From Camelus ferus (taxonomy: Eukaryota), in assembly GCF_009834535.1 (NCBI RefSeq), contig NC_045696.1, positions 21,020,001-21,084,000 on the forward strand: a DNA stretch of 64,000 bases, written 5' to 3'. Every line of letters begins with the position of its first letter. Positions within the stretch are counted from its first letter, which is position 1. Positions 37,619 through 51,600 of the stretch are shown one piece after another. The notes beneath the pieces were generated by a model that had not been told where the DNA came from, did no database searches, and worked only from the letters and a program-made list of their open reading frames with translations. Made by a program: the position numbers and the translations under genes.

Positions 37619-40600
37619 TGTAGGCACACTATATGAGCACACATGAAAATACTCCATGTTTCTTAGTAAGGAGAGTCACTTATTTTCACTTACTATAATT
37701 CTTCTTAGAATATTTGATAGCATTATCTATCATACAACATCTTATCAGATACTCTTTCTTTACCGTTATCAAAACTGTATCATGCAAAATGGTTAATATT
37801 TACAAAAGCATATTTATACACATGGCATATATTAATGAATTGCATCTTTTCAGAAACCATTGATTGCATAAGATTACATTTTAAATATCAATCTTTTAAA
37901 ATAACTGAATGATAATCATTTGAATAGTTTCTATCAATGCTGTTATGATGACTATAAGGGAATATCTGATTCCAAAAGATTTTGAACAAATAGGTAAAAT
38001 CTGGAATTTTAATTCTCAAGGTAGAAAATTATTGGTATGTGATAACGCTGGCAATATAAGTGACCACTATGTTTTGGTTTTTATTAATGTAAGATAATCG
38101 TCTCTTGCCTCTGGCTAAGAGCTCAGTTACTTTCAAATCATATTTTAAGACATTTTTTCCTCAGCATTTTAAGATACATCTCATCCATCTCTCAAATGAT
38201 TCCAAGGTGTCTCAGTAAAGTGGAATTCTGTCTCTTTCTTCTTTCACAAAGTATAGTTTGATTGAAGATTTCCTGATTTATCAGTGCATCCTCCATATAA
38301 CTTTACACTTTAAAATTTCCAAAGATTTTATAATTTATGAGGCAAAAGATTAAGTGCTGCTGTGGTTCATCACAATCCTTTAAATTCACAGTTGGAATAC
38401 AACCAAGTTGTGAATGAATTTGCAGTGGAATCTTACAGATGAATGAATTATATGGAGGATTATGTTTGAGATGCCAATATCACTCTCTCAGGCAGTAGTG
38501 GTAATCTCAACAAATTACCTAAAACAAAGGCATGAATGTGACTACCAATGAAAATGAGACATATTTTGGCTTAAATTTTATTTTAATAAATAAATTCCAT
38601 TTAGAAAGATTTCTCCTATTAACTGTAGAAATAATAAGTACACCATCTTTATCTTTATAAATATCTTCAGTTCTCTTTTTAATATTAGGCACATCCATTT
38701 GGAAGTCCTTGAATTTAGCAGCCATAAATATTCAATAGGATCTGTTTTACATTTAAATTTTTTGCAAAGAATTTTTAATCCATTTTTCTAGCAACAGCCA
38801 TCCAGCATTGATACACTCAAATAACGCAATAGCAACTGGAATCATAAACGATCTGCATGTTTAGTATAGAAAATATGTTCTTTAAAAGGATTTATCAAAA
38901 ATTTAGATTTTTTTTCCAAGTTAATCAACAGTGCCACCAGGTGGTTACATTAATGCAGGAAAAACACAGTTGTTACATGGTTTAATATTTTAAAAATATA
39001 AGGTTGTTGGGGCTTATATTTTACAATAGTAATCTAAAATTTTCTTTAGCCAACTTCTTTACTTCTATACAGTAAGTTGTTATTAATTTCCAAGTTTCAT
39101 AAAGACTTGGTGAGCCATAAAATACTAATCTGTTGCAGGTAATCCCTTGTTCGTCAGTAAGCCCATTTTTTTTTTTCAGTTCTGTTAGTTTGAGTAATAC
39201 ATAGATGCCAACAGTTCAAAGAGAATAAATGAGAAAAGCATAGAATGTGTTAGAATAATGTAACATAAATTTGTCACTTTCACTGAGATTTCTCCAAAAG
39301 CATACCTTAATAAACACTTGTGATCTTTTAATTTAGATGGTGTTTTGGTTTCCTCAAAATCAATAGCTACTTTATCATATATTTTATCAATAAACATGAT
39401 TGCTTATGAGCCATACTTAATGCAACATTGAAGTGTATTCATTTGCCTTTAATAAATGCTTGTATTATTCATCCTCTAAGTCTCTTTACCTGTGTTCTTA
39501 CAGCCTTTGGCTGAAGTCCCACCACCATCTCACCCACTGGAAGAATGATCCAGCTAACTGCTGAATTTGGGGTGAGGTAGGAGTTGGGTTTGCATATTTC
39601 TGCTCCTTACTTTTCTGATTGTGATCTGTCCTAGCTGCATTGAGTCTGTATTCTAAATTTCTTTCAGCTATAAGTAAGCTTGGTTATATGAGCATATAGT
39701 CTTCCAGCTCTGCTGATGACTAAATCATTATGATTGCCTAATTTTGGAGAAATTGGGGAACACTCAAGAGCATAAATGCAAGCTACAATCTATCATATCA
39801 ATATTTTCAGTAATAATGATCATATTTTAGTTTGTATTTCCTCGCACTTTCATTTATTTCTCAATTAGATCATCACTTGAGTGGGGAAAAAGGTGCTTTT
39901 TATTAGCCTCATTCAAGAATCAAACTATCGTCATAATGGCAAACTTTTAACAACTGATCAAGAACATATAATTTACCAAACTAGGAAAACAAAGAAAGAC
40001 ATCTTGAAATTTGAAGAAACCAAGCCATGGCTTTTTTAACCCAATCAAAAAATGTAACATGCCACAAATATGGTAACATAGTTTTATGTCATTTTCTCTA
40101 TATTTTGTATACTCAATGACAAACAATGTAATCAAACAGTATGAACAGAATTATTGATGAATTTCAGCTTTGAGGAAACTCTTAAAGAATGAGGTAATTT
40201 AAGTCTAATTTTTCACATTATGGAAAATCACTCATTCAAAATCTCAATGTCTTTCATATTGAAAAGAATGTGTTAATCACATGTAAATCCGTTGAAAATA
40301 TAAAAATTTAGAAACCAAGAAATTTGAATATTTAAAAACAACATGCTTGAGGAAAAGTTTTGCCATAACATCAACTTTCACTAGCTTCCAAGTAAAGCAT
40401 CAAACTTTTCCACATCTCTGACCCTATGCCATCACTTCCCTATAAATGCAAAATAATTTATATATTTTCCCAATGCAAAATTGTTAGTGCATTTCTGTCC
40501 TTTCCAGATTAGTGCACAATCTCCTTATACGAATTTAAGAACCTCCCCAATGTGACCTTAATCTATTTCCCCTCATTATTAGAATCTCTTGTTGCTAAAA

Positions 40601-40739
40601 TTGCAGGGAAGAAAATATAGGAAGAGAAGCAACACATGCATTTAATGAAGGTAAAGGAATACATTCAAATGTTGCTTTAAGTATGGCTCATAATTACTAC
40701 TGTGTATTAAAATATATAATAAAATAGCCTCGACAATAA

Positions 40740-41212
40740 GCACAATGATGCCCACAACCTGGTATTATGCCCTTGTGTATTCCCCTTCCTTTGAGTGTGG
40801 ACTGAACCTGGTGACCAGAACAGAACAAAACTGATGGGATGTCATCTCCAAGATCAGGTTAAAGGAATGCTCTGACTTTGTTGGGGTATCTCTGAGGAAA
40901 GCTGCTTGACATATTGTGAGATGTTCCATGGAGAACCTCATGTGGCCAGAAACTTACATCTCTGGCCAACAGCTGGTGAGGACCCATGCCCTGCCAACGC
41001 CATGTGAGTAAGCTTGGAAAAGGATCCTCCTCCAGCTGAGATGAATGCAGCCCCAGCCAACAGACAGACTACAACTTGTGAGTGCCCCAGGCCCAGAAGT
41101 ACTCAGGCTAAGTTGTTTATAGCTTCCTGAACCCCGGAGCTGGGATAATACAAATTTGTTGTTTTAAGCCTGTAAGTTTGAGGATGATTTACAACACGGT
41201 AGATAACTAACA
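40740..41212 (+). mobile_element. MaLR LTR (MLT1F-like)
   Basis: 'gcccttgtgtattccccttcctttgagtgtggactg...ccatgtgagtaagcttggaa...gttgttttaagcctgtaagtttgagg...tagataactaaca'. Confidence 0.8.
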
Positions 41213-41224
41213 GACTCATATACG

Positions 41225-41665
41225 AAGCCTGACCCAGAGAGACCACTGTGAGGTTAGATGAATTGGTCAGGGTTCTGGCTTCTTCCTGAGATAGCTTGGT
41301 GGGTCCAGTTACCACAGGTCAGAATTGCAGGAGTGATGAGGACTATGCAGGGAGAGGGAGGAGAAGGGACTGATCAATAAGTAAATGTCTTTCAGTTTGT
41401 TGCAATTCTCCCTCCAGCATCCTAAGGAAAGATGCAAGATGTGATGGTTCTACTTTGGACTATCAGAAGTCCCCAAGATGGAGCAGTCAGCTGTGTTTTG
41501 AGAACCACAGCTGGCTGGGTAAAATATACCTTCTGGTATTTGCTCTCTCTCCTTTGCTGCCTCTTTCCCTTTTCTTCACTCTAGCTTAGAGGGCATTGCA
41601 TTACCAGATAAAACTCTAACCCATAAGCTTTTGCCTCAGCTACTCTTTCTCAGAAAACCTTTCTG
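41225..41665 (+). mobile_element. ERVL LTR (LTR16-like)
   Basis: Ends 'gcattaccagataaaactctaacccataagcttttgcctcagctactctttctcagaaaacct', resembling LTR16 family 3' ends. Confidence 0.55.
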
Positions 41666-43599
41666 TACCAAATATATTCCTTAATTATACTTTAAAAATA
41701 AAAGTTCATGTGGAAATCCACCAAAACCTAATTTTAATTATCTTTAGACTTGCTATAAAATTTTATTTAACTCATATATTATATATTTAAACCATTTTAG
41801 CCACAAGAGAGCTATAAGGAGCATGACAACTCTGATTTTTTCCCCCCGAATATTCAGAGGCATAGTTTTGAAAATGTAGAGTTATATGACAATGCTGGAG
41901 TGAGGTTATCATGAGTTTGTTGTAGTTATTTCAGGGGAAAAAAACACAACATAACCTGCATGCTAAGGTTAGGTGTTAGAAAAATCATGTACCTGATGGG
42001 CTAGAGTATCTACTAAGATTTTAAGAACGAGGTAGTCAAGAAATATTGTACCAGATTCCAGGTTTAATTTAAGATTGGAAATTGGTAAGGGTTGGAAACA
42101 TCCCTGACATATGACATGTTTATATGAGAAGAAGACACATCATGGCTTTTCTTTATTTCAGTACTCTATATTGGCTGCATCCACCATAAGATTAGAGTTG
42201 CTAAATACTGTGAAAATTTATATAAAGAAAAATTTCAATAGCAAAAGCAACCACACCTTGCTTCAGAATACAAGAGAATGCTAGATAAAAGATACTAAAT
42301 TTCTCCTCAGGAGCCACTAAGGTACATGGAATCATGAAAATTTATTGGCTACATACAAATTAGAGAGGAGTCAAAGGAGAAAAAGGAAAGATGACCCCAA
42401 AACTTAAAACTGTGCCAAATGTGGCAGAACGGATGTGAAATGTCTATGGTCTTGATCTTAAGGAGGCCTGGAGATTCAGCAGGTAATAAATTATACCTAA
42501 TAGGAACAAAATGTAAGAAAACTCAGAAAAATGACTTCAAGCAAATTAACATTTTGCATATGTGAATGATTCATAGGAGGCAGGGTTAAAGAGATTATTA
42601 TATTCAACTTAATCATGGTTCTAATAACACAAGGCAGTGTTATAAGCATATATTTACACTAAAAATAGACTTCTATATCATTCTAAAGATGATCTTGAAA
42701 GCTTCTAAGCAAATTTTGTTGACAGACATAAAACAATCCTAGAGCAGTTTTTATTCAAGAATAAATATTCCAAACTGCAATTTAATATTTAGCCCAGTAA
42801 TTATCTTGCCATAGTTCCTTATAGGTTAAAGCATATTCTGAACCCTTTATAGCCATTCCTAAAATATTGGCTTTAAAAAACTCATCAATGTAATTATATA
42901 GCCAATATTAAATATTTTGGAAAAACTCCAATTCTGCTGGTTTATTGTTGTAGAATAGATATATTTTAAAATTCCCTTCTTGAGTGCAATTTTATATTTA
43001 TCTTGATAAAATAAACATCCTGGCATTGCTGATTCAAATTGTATAATTAATTGATTGGCTCTCCAATGAAGAATATTCTTTACTGATTAAACAATAACTA
43101 TTGTATTAAATTTTAAAACTTTGATAGCCACCTTCTAGTTAGATTTGTATTATGTCAGTGTCCTATTACAAAAAAAATTAATTTGTGGCGACTTTTTCAT
43201 GTAATGTGGGTCATTGGCAAAAATAATAACCCTGCTGCCTTCATAAAATTAAAGGGTTCCAAATCATTAACATACAAAATTAATATTAAACCATTTAACA
43301 TAGACCCTTGAGGGAGACCAGATGTTTCTGCCTAATTAGTGAAGCCCTGACCCTAGAGGACAGTATATTTCAATCACCTTTTTAAATAAGCATAAAGCCA
43401 AGCTATAGATCTTTCACATAGCTAACAGTGACACACTTAAGATTAAGGATGCCTCAGTGAAATGTCAAAACTATGCAACATTTAAAAGAAAAAATAATCA
43501 CACTACCATAAATATAGAAACAAAGCTTTTTCTGTCCTTGTGGAAATACACAGTCCAGTTTTTCTATTGTAAATATTATTGAATGATAACACTTAAAAT

Positions 43600-43933
43600 A
43601 ATACAAATCAAAATTTGAGCAATATAACAAGGAAAGTATTGTGAAGTAATATATAACCTTAAAAGTATTAATTAGAATCTTAAAATCCAAATGAATATGA
43701 AAAGAATCTATAAAAATGATCTTAAAAAATCATAAATTTGAAAACATTAAAATAATTGGGACTATTATCAAACCAAATGCTAACTTTTTAAAGATGAATA
43801 AACTATACAAACCTCTTTCAAACTTGATCACAAAAAATTTACAGAACAGGTCCACACACATACAAGACTAGATATGACAAAGCGAAAGACACAAAGATAA
43901 GAGAGAGGTAACAGTAAGTCTGAAGACCTAAAA
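43600..43933 (+). mobile_element. Ancient L1 ORF2 fragment (host of MER58A)
   Basis: 'aaaccaaatgctaactttttaaagatgaataaactatacaaacctctttcaaacttgatc' resembles consensus KTKSWFFEKINKIDKPLARL. Appears to continue at ~45110-45240. Confidence 0.5.
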
Positions 43934-43983
43934 CAGGCATTGGCAAACTGTGGCCCATGTATCAAATCCAGCCTTATATCTGC
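43934..43983 (+). mobile_element. MER58A (hAT-Charlie) left part
   Basis: 'caggcattggcaaactgtggcccatgtatcaaatccagcc' matches the MER58A 5' TIR region. Confidence 0.8.
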
Positions 43984-44950
43984 TTTTTTTTTTTTTAATT
44001 GTAGTGTAGTCAGTTTGCAATGTTGTGTCAATTTCTGGTGCACAGCATAATGTTTCAGCCATACATATACATACATCTATTCATTTTCATATTCTTTTTC
44101 ATTATAGCTTACTACAAGATATTGAATATAGCTCCTTGTGCTATACAGTATAAACTTATATATCTATTTTATATATATAAGTCAGTATCTGCAAGTCTGA
44201 AACTCCCATGTTACCCCTTCCCATCCCCTCTCCCCCCTGGTAACCATGAGCTTTTTATCTTTTCTCTCTGTGATTCTGTTTCTGTTTTGTAAATAGGTAC
44301 ATTTCTGTCTTTTTTTTTTTTTTTCTAGATTCCACATATGACTAGTATCATATGGTATTTTTCTTTCTCTTTCTGGCTTACTTCACTTAGAATGATGATC
44401 TCTAGGTCCATCCATATTGCTGCAAATGACATTATTTTATTCTTTTTTATGACTGAGTGGTATTCCATTGTATAAATGTGCCATAGCTTCTTTATCCAGT
44501 CATCTGTTGATGAACATTTAGGTTGTTTCCATGTCTTGGCTATTGTAAATAGTGCTGCTATAAATTTTGGGGTGCATGTATCTTTTCAAATTAGAGTTCC
44601 CTCTGGATATATGCCCAGGAGTGGGATTGCTGGATCATATGGTAAGTGTGTTTTTAGTTTTTTGAGGAATCTCCATACTGTTTTCCATTATGGCTGCACC
44701 AAACTACATTCCCACCAGCAGTATAGGAGGATTCCATTTTCTCCACACCCTCTCCACCATTTATCATTTGTGACTTTTGAATGGTGACCATTCTGACTGG
44801 TGTGAGATGATACCTCACTATAGTTTTGCTTTGCATTTCTGTGATAATTAGTGATATTGAGCAATTTTTCATGTGCCTATTGGCCATTTGTATGTCTTCA
44901 TTGCAGAATTGCTTATTTAGGTCTTCTGCCCATTTTTGATTGGGTTGTTC
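43984..44950 (-). mobile_element. Young 5'-truncated LINE-1 (~970 bp; ORF2 C-terminus, 3' UTR and poly-A)
   Basis: Poly-T at 43984. The ORF at 44654-44977 (-) encodes [47 protein letters not shown], the L1 ORF2p C-terminal region, frameshifted. Confidence 0.95.
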
Positions 44951-45108
44951 TTTTGATACAGTTTTATTAGAACACATCCATTGTTTACATATTGTCTCTG
45001 GCTGCTTTAGGACTACAATGGTAGAGTTGAGTAGCTGTGACAGACTGTGGGATCCACAAAGCCGAAAATATTTCTATCTGCCCCGTTACAGGGAAAGTTT
45101 GCTAACTT
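44951..45108 (+). mobile_element. MER58A right part
   Basis: 'agttttattagaacac...ggctgcttt...agagttgagtagctgtgacag...cacaaagccgaaaatatttctatctg...aaagtttgct'. Confidence 0.85.
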
Positions 45109-45259
45109 AGAGGAAGTTGACTACTTTTGCAAAAGAGAAAAAAAAAAAAAAGAATAACAAGAGTTATACAAAAATACACTAACAGCTACTAAAGAAACTG
45201 AAGCAATAAGAAAATAGTCACAAATGAGCAGAATTTTCAAGTTTTAATACTACATTTGC

Positions 45260-46310
45260 CAAGTGCTTACATCCTAACACTTCCCAAGTTTTATTTTCTT
45301 TTATTATTATTTTTAGTGTTAGCTATTCTGGTAGAGGTGTAGTAGTATTTCACCGCTGTGTTGGTTTGCATTTCCTTCATTAATAATGATTTTAAGCAAC
45401 TTTTAATGTGCTAACCCTTGGCCTTTTGCATACCAGCTTGCTAGTATATAGAAATGCAATGTGTTTTTGTATTTAACCTTATGTTGACAAATTCAAATAC
45501 TAGTTTTAATCCTTTCTTGGTATATTCCTTTGGATATTCTACATATTCTCAAATTCTATATGATTTCATACTTATATGAAAGAAGATAAATTGCACTTTG
45601 TTAAAATTATTATGTCTTTTATTTATTTTACTTGCTAATATCACTGGCGAACATCTCTAATATAACATTACATAGACATGGTGGTAGTGTACTTCCTTGC
45701 CTTTAACCTGTGTTGTACTTCTTTTTGAGAGATGCTGTTCAGTATTTCAGCATTTATTATGATGCTAGCTGTGAGCTATTTGTAAATGTGCTGATAAGAC
45801 TGAAGAAGTTTTCTTCTCAACTTGTTGAAAGCTTATATAATAATGAAGCATTTAGATTTTTATCATAATCTTTTCCTTCATCTATTGGAGTGATCATATA
45901 TTTTCTACTTTGTTCTGTTATTGTCATGAACAAAATCAATTGACTTTCAAATGTTAAAACAAACTGCATCTCTAGGATAAGAATTCTTGGGCATTATGAA
46001 TTTATTATATTTTTATATATTATTCAATTCATTTTGCTAATATTTTGCTTAGGATTTTATATCTATGTTCATAGGTGTTAGTGGTATATAATTTTATTTT
46101 CTTATAATGCTTTTAGATGTGTTTTTGTTTTAGTTTCCCTGCTTAGATTTCTTGAAATTCTTGAATATCCAGATTTTTAATACCAGGTTTGGGTAATTTT
46201 TACTCATCATTCCTTCAAATATTTTTATCACAATCTCTTGTACTCTGCTTCTGGATTTTAGATCTTTTTAATCATGTCCCAAATCTTTTTATGCTCTAAG
46301 TTTAATATAG
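45260..46310 (-). mobile_element. Ancient L1 (L1ME-like) ORF2 fragments
   Basis: T-rich antisense L1 motifs ('tagctattctggtagaggtgtagtagtattt', 'ttttgctaatattttgcttaggattttatatctatgttcatagg'). Confidence 0.65.
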
Positions 46311-47106
46311 GAATTCAAAGAGGAACTTTTTTGGAAGAATTTTTGGAAATGGTCTTCTAGTTACACATATTTGTGATGATAACCAGTTAAAGGCACTGTC
46401 TCAATACAATCCTAGGTGATCACAGAGTGGGAGGATGCTTTAAAAATTTAGGTAGGAAATAATTGACAATGGTGGGATCTTTAATATATTGATAAATAAG
46501 AAATAGAAGACAAAGTTGTTGGCAAAAATGATAAATATAAGTATTAAATCACGAATCACCTTTCAATTATGAATATGTTTTTTTCCAGTTATTTCATCAC
46601 TTAGTTTTATAACAAGTATACATATACTATCACTGAGCTCTGATTACCTGATTCAACCTAAAATGAATTTCATGCAAGAAGTATGTAGTCTGTCTACCGT
46701 ATGGATGTTCTGGAAAATATCACGCTATCGGCAGCTTATCTTACTAAATCTTTCCTGAATCAGAACTAGTAGTACAAACACATTATATCAAAACCACATT
46801 TACAGAAGACAAAGCTATTATTGCTTCATTTTGCAGTTGCTGTTCTTGTTCCCTTGCTGGTATCCCTCGCTCCATTCTCTTCCTTCATCCGAAAGACTGA
46901 GAGACTAAACTCTTAAAGGATCATTTTTTAATACTTCACTTCCACCTAATACATACAGAGTTTTCCTTCATAGCTTTGCAAATGATTCCAAAAAAAGAAA
47001 AGTGATTATACTTACCTTGTTCCTGGTATGAATCAAACATTTCATATCTGTCATTTCTTTGAATCCAATATCATTCATCTTATTTTAAATAAATTATATC
47101 TTTAAT

Positions 47107-47619
47107 ATATTAGTTATCCACCGCATGATAACAAATTACCCCAATACCTACAGGCTTAAATACCAAACAATGTAACAATTGTTGAAGGGTAGGAATTCAA
47201 GAGCAGTTTAACTGGGTTCTCTATCTCAGGGTACATTGTGGGGTTGTGGTCAAGACATCAGCTGGGTCTGCGGTCATTTGAAAGGTCTGCTGGGATCTGC
47301 TTTTAAGAAGGCTCACTCACTTGGCTTTCGGCAGAAGGCCTCAGTTTCTTCCCATGTAGATTTCCCCGTTGGGCTGCTGGAGTGTCTTTACAACATGGCA
47401 GCTGGCATTCTCCGAGAGCGTTAACCCAGGGAGAGAGCATGACAGAGGCATCCGGGTCTTTTACGATGTACACTTGGATGTGACACCACTACTGCTGATA
47501 CACACTGTTCTATATAAGCAAGTCACTAAGTTCAGTTCCCAACAAGGGCAGGGGCTTGGGCTGCACTTTCTGAGGAAGAAATGTTGAGGGATTAGTGGAC
47601 ACACTTTAATACTATCACA
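47107..47619 (-). mobile_element. MaLR LTR (MLT1G/H-like)
   Basis: 'tattagttatc...taacaaattacccc...ggaattcaagagcagtttaactggg...aaggcctcagtttcttcccatgt...caacatggcagctggc...aagtcactaag...atcaca'. Confidence 0.8.
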
Positions 47620-48419
47620 GAGGAGAACACAGTGCAATTTCATATTTGAATATAACCAATGGATAAAGTGCTTAAGGCCTAGGTATGGGCAGTGAGAAGC
47701 ACAGGCAATATGCTTGAATGACCACAGGTGGTTGTTAAACTGCTTTCTAAGAGAAAATGATAGGCTTGGCCAACTGCAGTCTTCCTGTTTTACTGCATAA
47801 TAGTATTTATGAACCAGAGTTGAGTTACTGTGAAAAATAAAAAAGATGGGACAGGCTATAGGAAAAAAAATGATTTCAGAAGGCAGGAACCAAAAGAACT
47901 TTGTGATCAAAGTGGAGATGTCCAAAGGGGAGGTTTGTTGATTGATCAATAATAGAAGTTCTTTACACTCATTTTCTTTAAATCATCTCTTATAATATCT
48001 GTATTTCAGTAAAAATCTTGGATTGAATCTTTTTTTCATGTGTGAGTAATTGCATATGGACTCTTGATGAATTCAAATCATGAGGTATCTGCCGACTATG
48101 AGCCCTTCGTGTTCAGGTTATACTAAAGATATTCATCAAAATTATAAAATCTACCTTTCTCACAAATAATTAAGAAAACTAGACAATCAGGCAAAATTCA
48201 TGAAAGATATTTAAAAACATAAATTATCTTTCTGTAAATCGTTATATGCTACTTACTATGAGCAAAAAAATGTCTGTAAAAAAAACAGGTTTAAAAAGGA
48301 GCTTGCTAAAAATAAACTAGAAAATATAACCAAACTTTTCTACATGATGATGCGAAATCTGTCCCCTCAGACTGTGGACGGTAGGCATCACATGTTAAGA
48401 AAGCTCATTTAAATAGTAA

Positions 48420-48640
48420 GAATATTAGGATAAAAATTAGGCTTTTCTAACAAAGAGTCTAAAAATAGAGTGAGTTATATAAGATAAAAATTTATTTCTT
48501 TATCACATAACAGTCTAGCCAGTCCAAGTTGGTGGGCGAACTTTGTTTCATGGGTTCCTTTAAGAACCTGAGTTCATCATGTTACTCTGCTGTCCCCAAA
48601 GGTTTCCTTCGTACCTGAATGGCAGAGAAAGAAGCAGGGC
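48420..48640 (-). mobile_element. Old MaLR fragment (MLT1J/K-like)
   Basis: 'taacaaagagtctaaaaatagagtg...aagataaaaatttatttctttatcacataacagtctag'. Confidence 0.5.
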
Positions 48641-51600
48641 CCCTGCTGCAGTGTTAAAACATGCAGCCTTTCCCACTACCTAGCGTTATGTCGGGAATCT
48701 AGTTCCAACTTTTCCACCCAGAGTATCTGTGGACGTATATCATGTCTCTTGGGGATTATAAATCGCAAGCAGCGAGATGGTAGATCTGAGGCGGTTACCT
48801 CCGTGAAGTAAACAAGTGTAATTCTTATTGTCTCCTGTGGGATTTCTTTATATTACTAGCTCTTGGATAATTTTTTTAGCCTGAAAATTCAGCAATGTGC
48901 TTATCATTTTTTAAAATAGTTTCCCTTTTGCTTTCTGAATTTTGGAGTGTGGTTTGGGGGTATAATTTCTATTTTTGTCCAACATCTCTTGTAGAAATGA
49001 GTTTTATTTATGTCATGATTCTGATGGTTGTCATTTTTTCTTCTTTTTCTTGTACATAAAACATGATATAAATGTTATTATCAATATTAAACAGTGATCT
49101 CTCTCACATTCTTAAACATAAAGTTGATGAATTAGGAGTTAGGATGTAAAATGTTATTTTTTAAATTATAATGTATTTATTGGGTAAGTTATCATATAGG
49201 CATGAAACATCAGATTTTCAAATAATATATAATGACTTTAAAAATATTCACAATACAATATTAAAAACAAGAAAAGACAAAACAACATAACAATTTGAAC
49301 TTGATATAAACAAATATACATATGTAAAGTATATAATGTAAATTCCTACTTTAGGAAGTAGGATATGGCAGATTTTTTGCATTTTAATTCTATAATGAAC
49401 TTGTATAACCACCAAAATGAAACAACAAATTAGAAAAAAATGGCTATTTTAAGTGCATATATATAGAAAACACTGATTCTCACATATAATTTCTCTAAGA
49501 AACAAGGCTCATTCCAGCTGAAATTGTACAAAGAAAGTAGTAGATAAAGAATACTGTAATTCTATAACATTTTAATTAAGCAAGGTGAAAAAGCCAAATA
49601 AATGCATAACTTTGTCAAAGGGCCAAATCTTCATAAAACCGAAGTGCTATCAAAATTAATCATTTCCTAACAGAACAAGGCTTCTCTCTTCTACATCAGC
49701 TTTGCTCATGTCTGTTTAATTCATCGTTTTGATCAGTCACCCCTAACCCTTAGATTAATCCTTCATAAATATTTATTTCTAGCATTTGCTTTTTTTTTTT
49801 TTTTTTGGTATCCAGAATTCTCTTCAATAGATTACCTTTTGAATTTTTTCTTTATGTTAGTATCTGGAGAGCAATGAGCACAGCTGTGTAAAAGTAACTC
49901 AGGACGTCACACTGGGTTGCTTGGACGGCCATTCAGCTGAGAGATGGGGGTAGCTTTCAGTCTCCCTCTCCCAGTTTTTCGTATAGAAACTTCTGGGAAG
50001 TGGAAGTATTTTGATTTTTTTTTTTTTTAAATAAGGATATCCTGAGAGTAGAGACGGAAGTTCTTAGGATGTAAGTTTCAAAGAACTGGAATTGTTAGTT
50101 CCAGGTTTGCTGATAGTCTTGTCTTCCATTATTCAAAACAAGAATACAGTCTATTTCTACGGGTGAGAATCACATTCGCCTGCTAAACAAGTAACAGACA
50201 ATGCAGGAGGAAGGCAACGTTACCTCCTCTCTTTTTGCCCTTCCCTTTCAAAAGTTTAAGTTATTGGTTGTCTGAATTTTCTGCCAGGCTATTCCTTTAT
50301 TTTATTCCACTTAGAACTTAAAGCTCCAACTGCTTGTCAAAGCAAAACCACCAGCCAGATAATCTCTCAAGACTTTCTCCAGGAATTTATTGGGGATGAA
50401 AGAGTTGAGGCAAAAATAGCACATGAGTAAGCCTGATAAAAAACTGGAGCGATTCTTTGATAAAAAGCACAATAAATATAAAGTTTACATGTTCCAAAAT
50501 TTGCTTAAAGTAGAAGTACATTTTCCCTATTTTTACAGTGTTTTCTTTCTATAAATAATTTTTAGATGTTTAAGGCTTTGAGAAGGAGTATTGTTGAGAA
50601 TTACATACGTGGTTATAGTTTTGTTTGCCTTCTTTGAAATCTTTTAATAAGAAAGTTGAGTATACTGAGAACATGATTTTTGTTCAAAAACTTAAGCATA
50701 ATTCATTCATTAATTTGACAGATATTTATTGAATGCTTAGTACTTTAGCAGGGTGGCGGGGGGGCTTGGAGTGGAACAGTGAAGAAAAGAAAACATTTCT
50801 ACCCTTATGAAGTTAACATTCTCATGGATGGATTTAGGTGTCAGTGATGCTATTAGGGTGACAAGCAGGTAGATATCCATTGTCAGCTTTACTTGTAGTT
50901 CTTTGGGCTCACACATTACATAATGCCCAGTAAGCATTTGATTTTGATATCGTATCATTTTTGTCTCTTTATTTGTCTCTTCCTCCCACACACACACATT
51001 AGAATCCTTTATCCTTATTTTCTGATGTAAGATTATGGCTTGTACCTGGTAAGTAGATAATCAGTGTTTGTTGAGCATTGAAGGCTTAAAAACAAGAAAC
51101 CTTGTCTGGAAAGCAAACCACTCCTAGTTAATCTCCGTTTTGCACAGCAGTCGTCCTCTACATATTTTTTTAACCTTCATTTTGTTTCTGGTTTAAAAGG
51201 CCAAATGAATGTGCCAGCAGTGTTCAGTGCAAAGGGAGTCAGGGCCAGAGCATCAGCGGAGCTGAGACAGATGTAATGGATCGTGGCCTTGAGGAAGCAG
51301 AAACACACTGAATTCAGTGTGCAGAGAATCTGCAGAGAGCAAAGCCCGGGACATCCACCAGCTACAAGCTGTGAGAAATGAGGAAACAGTAACAAACACT
51401 GGAAAAAACCTCTTTAGAGCATTTCCCTGATAACTTCCATCTTAATTTACATTAAACCTCCAATGGTTTATTTTTTAAAGGAGCTGATTACAAACAATTT
51501 TATTTGTTGAACTTTATTCCTAAGAACCATTTGTAACTGAAATTCTTAAAGAAGCATTCTTTCCATGCAGCTTATAAAACTTGATATCCTGACCTGGGTT

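Noticed and set aside
38932..38946. CTCF-like motif tgccaccaggtggtt
   Set aside because: Lacks the conserved C after GG, and an isolated motif cannot be supported without binding data.
44654..44977. 107-aa ORF as a functional gene
   Set aside because: It is a frameshifted L1 ORF2p C-terminal remnant in a 5'-truncated element.
47461..47949. Longest ORF (162 aa, minus strand)
   Set aside because: Starts at TTG, overlaps an MLT1 LTR, and shows no recognisable motif or splice context.
51180..51400. GC-richer block as a coding exon
   Set aside because: Stops in the plus frames I examined, weak splice signals and no recognisable protein.
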